In this document: positions 60,501 through 64,000 of the stretch, in pieces | Layout of the letters: every line of letters begins with the position of its first letter | How positions within the stretch are numbered: position 1 is the stretch's first letter | Origin: Alloascoidea hylecoeti | Taxonomy: Eukaryota | NCBI GenBank assembly: GCA_001600815.1 | Contig: BCKZ01000010.1 | Coordinates: 141,527 to 205,526, forward strand | Length of the DNA stretch: 64,000 bases | Direction of reading: 5' to 3' | The notes under the pieces: model-generated | What the model saw: the letters and a program-made list of their open reading frames with translations, nothing else | Databases searched by the model: none | Told to the model about the DNA's origin: nothing | Made by a program: the position numbers and the translations under genes

Positions 60501-62192
60501 TCGCAGCTATATTAATATGTATATGCATAGTTAAAAAATAGGGTCGCGCCTGCATGACTCAGGTGCGAACAGGCAATAAAGTTTACCTTATCCGAATATT
60601 TGAATGTACACTCATCTTGCAATATTACCTCATGGCGTAATATGTACAGTTGCATGCATCTTCTTGGAGACTGATGCTTTGACGTTGTGAGATTTGTATT
60701 ATATTTTGTGTAATTGTAAGTGAAAAGTAAAAGTAATATTATATGAGTTATGAATATCCAACTATACTGTGCTAAAATACTTTGTAGATTTAAACCATTA
60801 AGAACCTATTGGTAATCTTAAAGTGACTTGTACTTATGAACTAAAAACTTGAAGAACGAAAGAAAAAAGAAAAGAAAAGTATTTATATGACCAAAAAGGA
60901 TTTACTCTGAATTGAGCTAAACTAAAGCTAAAGCTGAAATTTCAAAGGATCAAGACCTTGAGAAAAAAATAATTTTTCATTTTCAGGCAAGTAAAATCAA
61001 ATTTGAGGGTTTATTATCACGTCAATATTTCATAAAGATTCAAGAAACGAGGTAGCTAAGTTGGAAGTTATCTAAATTAGTCCTCTTTCATTACATTTTT
61101 GGTGGGATTTCATTTTTAATGTAGTACTTAAATTTGATTTTAGTTGCTTACTTCAAGTTACGCAAATGAAACTCTTGCATGATCTTTTAAAGAAGTTTCT
61201 TTGACAGCTCTCAACTCGGTAATCAACATCATTAGTGTTCCACTAATATATATGTTAAATAGATGCTTGCTGGATGCTACTTATGAATACTCTGGCTGGG
61301 ACATTGGTGCTTGTTTGATTGTGTTTTTGGTATTCATTCCTGATTTAATTGTTACCACGTGTGCTTGTGTTCATTTAAATATGTATTATGCCTGCTAATA
61401 TATATTTTAATCTTAATATTATACATGACTTTCTACTTAATGATGATAGTAAAGATGAGAAGGGTGTAGATGAATTGGGCTTCGCCTAAACGCCAAGTTT
61501 GATTAATAATGATGTATGTAACTTTATGTGAATTGCTTTGATACGGGAATAAACGGACAGCAGCTTGTCAATTTCACTTGCAGGGAAAGATTGTAATATG
61601 TATTTAATGATTTAACAAGTTACTTATGTCAACTAGTAAGAAATAATTGGCATCTAAACGATGACCTAAACTGTCCTTTGAATTCGCAGTTGATTGTGGA
61701 ATACGGCTTTAAAGGGTTGACACATACAAATTAAACTTCATTTCTGAGCATTAGTATTAATTGAAATGTAATTTTTCTTTTGCCATAGTATAAAGTCGAT
61801 ACGCCATAACCTATTGGAATCAATATTAAGCTTTTAATACTTGGAAGGTTAAGACCTGTACGGATTGTTTAATCGTTGGCAGATTGGTATTCTTTTTCAC
61901 ATTTTTCATGAAATAAAGCTTGCAATTGATTTTTAGATTAGATGTTTAAATTTTATCCTTTCTTGGTCTTCAAATTCTCTGATTGCTATCTTTTGGTAAT
62001 TATTCTGCTGCGGTCATAAATCGAGACATTCTCGAGATTTAAATTTAATAACACTCGTAGCTTTCTAATTTTATTGAAATCACAACATTCCTTACCTATC
62101 TAAAAATCACCGGATATTCGATTCAACAGGTGGTTTAACATTAGTAGGTACAGTGGGTAACATGGCAGAACAATAATGCATATGCATCATGT

Positions 62193-62218
62193 GGCCGAAA
62201 TTAAGTGGAGACACTGTA
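62193..62218. repeat. Dispersed 26-bp repeat, copy 2; Tc1/mariner-like terminus
   Basis: GGCCGAAATTAAGTGGAGACACTGTA, 25/26 identical to 8044-8069. Confidence 0.6.
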
Positions 62219-64000
62219 AACGATTCAACTTATAACGCTTGACAAATTGCATCGTGTACTCGATAGTATATAAATCAATGATCATGATCCGGTCTAGAGA
62301 GGTGGCTTAATCACAGATGTATTCAGTATTCAACCTTCAATTAAAAGTCTATATATAATTACGTAATTAATATTTAAGCTATAGTACTGGTATGTTAGAT
62401 ATATTTAAAATTAGTATTATGAAAATCTTGCAATAAGAGCAGATCTAGATGTTACAATTTATTTTGGAGTCATAAATATCAGTATATAAGCGATTCAAAG
62501 TTCAATTTATATGCCTCAAGTTCAACCGATATTATATAAACTTTCTACTTTAAGTTATACATGTATATTTAAATTTAAACAATATTTACCTTGTATAGAG
62601 TGTGTATGATTACCAAAGCATATAAAACAAAAGATTATCACATAGTAATGAAATTTTCACTTTTTACCAAACTCTGATTGGCTCGAGCTCTGTATTAATA
62701 TCGACATTCATTGGTATAGATAATTATGTAATCAACTAACATTTACAGAAGTTATAATATGGTATATGTGTCTTTGAAATTATCTAAGTTAATCTATTTG
62801 AGACAGAAATAATATTAATTGCTGTTTCTCTTTTCACATTTCTATATATCGCGGTGAATATCGATATCGTCAGAACGGTTGAATTTACTAGTGGGACAAA
62901 AGACGTTAATTGCAGTTATAATTATAACAGAATATAATATTCATGTGTTATTAATATATTAATATTGTACGCATAGCTATAGCTTAGTATATATATGGAG
63001 TAACCAATTGGTCAATAGCTATATTCATTTGAATTATATTCTGTAGTTTCAAATAATAGCACTTGGGAATTCTCCAAGTGGAGGCCTAGAATCCTTAGAT
63101 ACACATATAAGAAGAGGAACTAAGTTGAAAATGACCATAATCTCGAGATATTGCTACTTTTGGTGTAGCTATAGCACCTAAACCGCTGCATCCAATGATA
63201 TTTGGTTTTATAGATCCGGTTTTCCGATTAATTAATTATTCTCGTAAGATTTTGGATTTTTAAAGATGATCATGAGGTGATACTAACCAGCTGGGGTGCA
63301 TGAAATGATGGAGACAACTGAAATTAATTAGAAACCGCTCTTAATGTTTGTACGTGTGTAACTTCCTAAGAAAGTAACGGGTTATTCGGAATTTACAAAA
63401 TGTGATAACAACTATAATCGGGAGGACTATGTAAAAAAAATGGTGTGCTTTTTTCTGCCATTCTCCTTTGCGTAATTTATAATATACAGGAGTATGCATA
63501 TGTATATGCATAGACACAAAAATATAAGATATTGACCTAACACTATATATATTCTGACTATACTTGCCATTATTACCAATTATATTTTCTTAGCTCAAAT
63601 TTATAATTGTTCTTCCAAAGTTTTACCTCATTAATGTAAATTGATATACTAATCGTGCGTGTGGTAATTCTAATTGCAATAAATTTTTAAAAATATAGAA
63701 TAATATGCATATGCAAGCTTTAAGTTTAAAATTACGATCATGCTTGATTTCACCGTATTTTTCAGGGTAGAATACTATGTGCATCTAACGGTGATAACCG
63801 CCGTGCAAAAATGAAGTCACAACAAGAAACGGAGTTATTATTTAATCTAAACTGAAAATGAAATTATCACCCAATTTTGAATTAATTAGTGATGAATCAG
63901 ATACTGGGTATCAGCTACTATTGTTCCTTACTTATTTTAATTATGATGAAAACTATCATTTTTGCAATGTTAATTGTATACCGAATTTATATGGACCAAT

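Noticed and set aside
59080..63742. Inverted match CATGATCGTAATT (59080-59092 versus about 63730-63742) as a centromeric inverted-repeat arm
   Set aside because: The similarity does not extend beyond about 17 bp, which is compatible with chance in AT-rich DNA.

Overview
AT-rich eukaryotic DNA from a budding yeast (Saccharomycotina). CTG sits at conserved Leu positions, so the standard genetic code is likely. I can support 20 protein-coding loci: RPL12, KRE9, a CNT nucleoside transporter, VAC7, ROK1, MRPL15, SPA2, a GH2 beta-mannosidase, a FRE ferric reductase, INP1, a frameshifted Bul1/arrestin-like gene, KAR9, a DUF3445 gene, MIS1, an ESL1/EST1-like gene, an NDUFAF7/MidA-family methyltransferase, MCM10, an FSH1-like hydrolase, YPT6 and a UBL-WLM protease. 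There is also one tRNA-Gly(GCC). Eight genes are split by 12 short introns (61-83 nt) that the ORF track misses. Main signals outside the ORF track: (1) a decayed fungal NLR-type (NB-ARC) gene at about 36.7-37.9 kb, a class generally considered absent from budding yeasts; (2) TA-flanked Tc1/mariner-like MITE and terminal-repeat remnants; (3) a perfect 18-bp inverted repeat carrying four CACGTG boxes upstream of KAR9; (4) sharp GC islands at the 5' ends of otherwise very AT-rich, low-complexity genes; (5) a DUF3445 (heme N-demethylase-like) gene next to C1-THF synthase; (6) a gene-free last 6.4 kb. All family assignments come from recognising motifs by eye; no database search was run.
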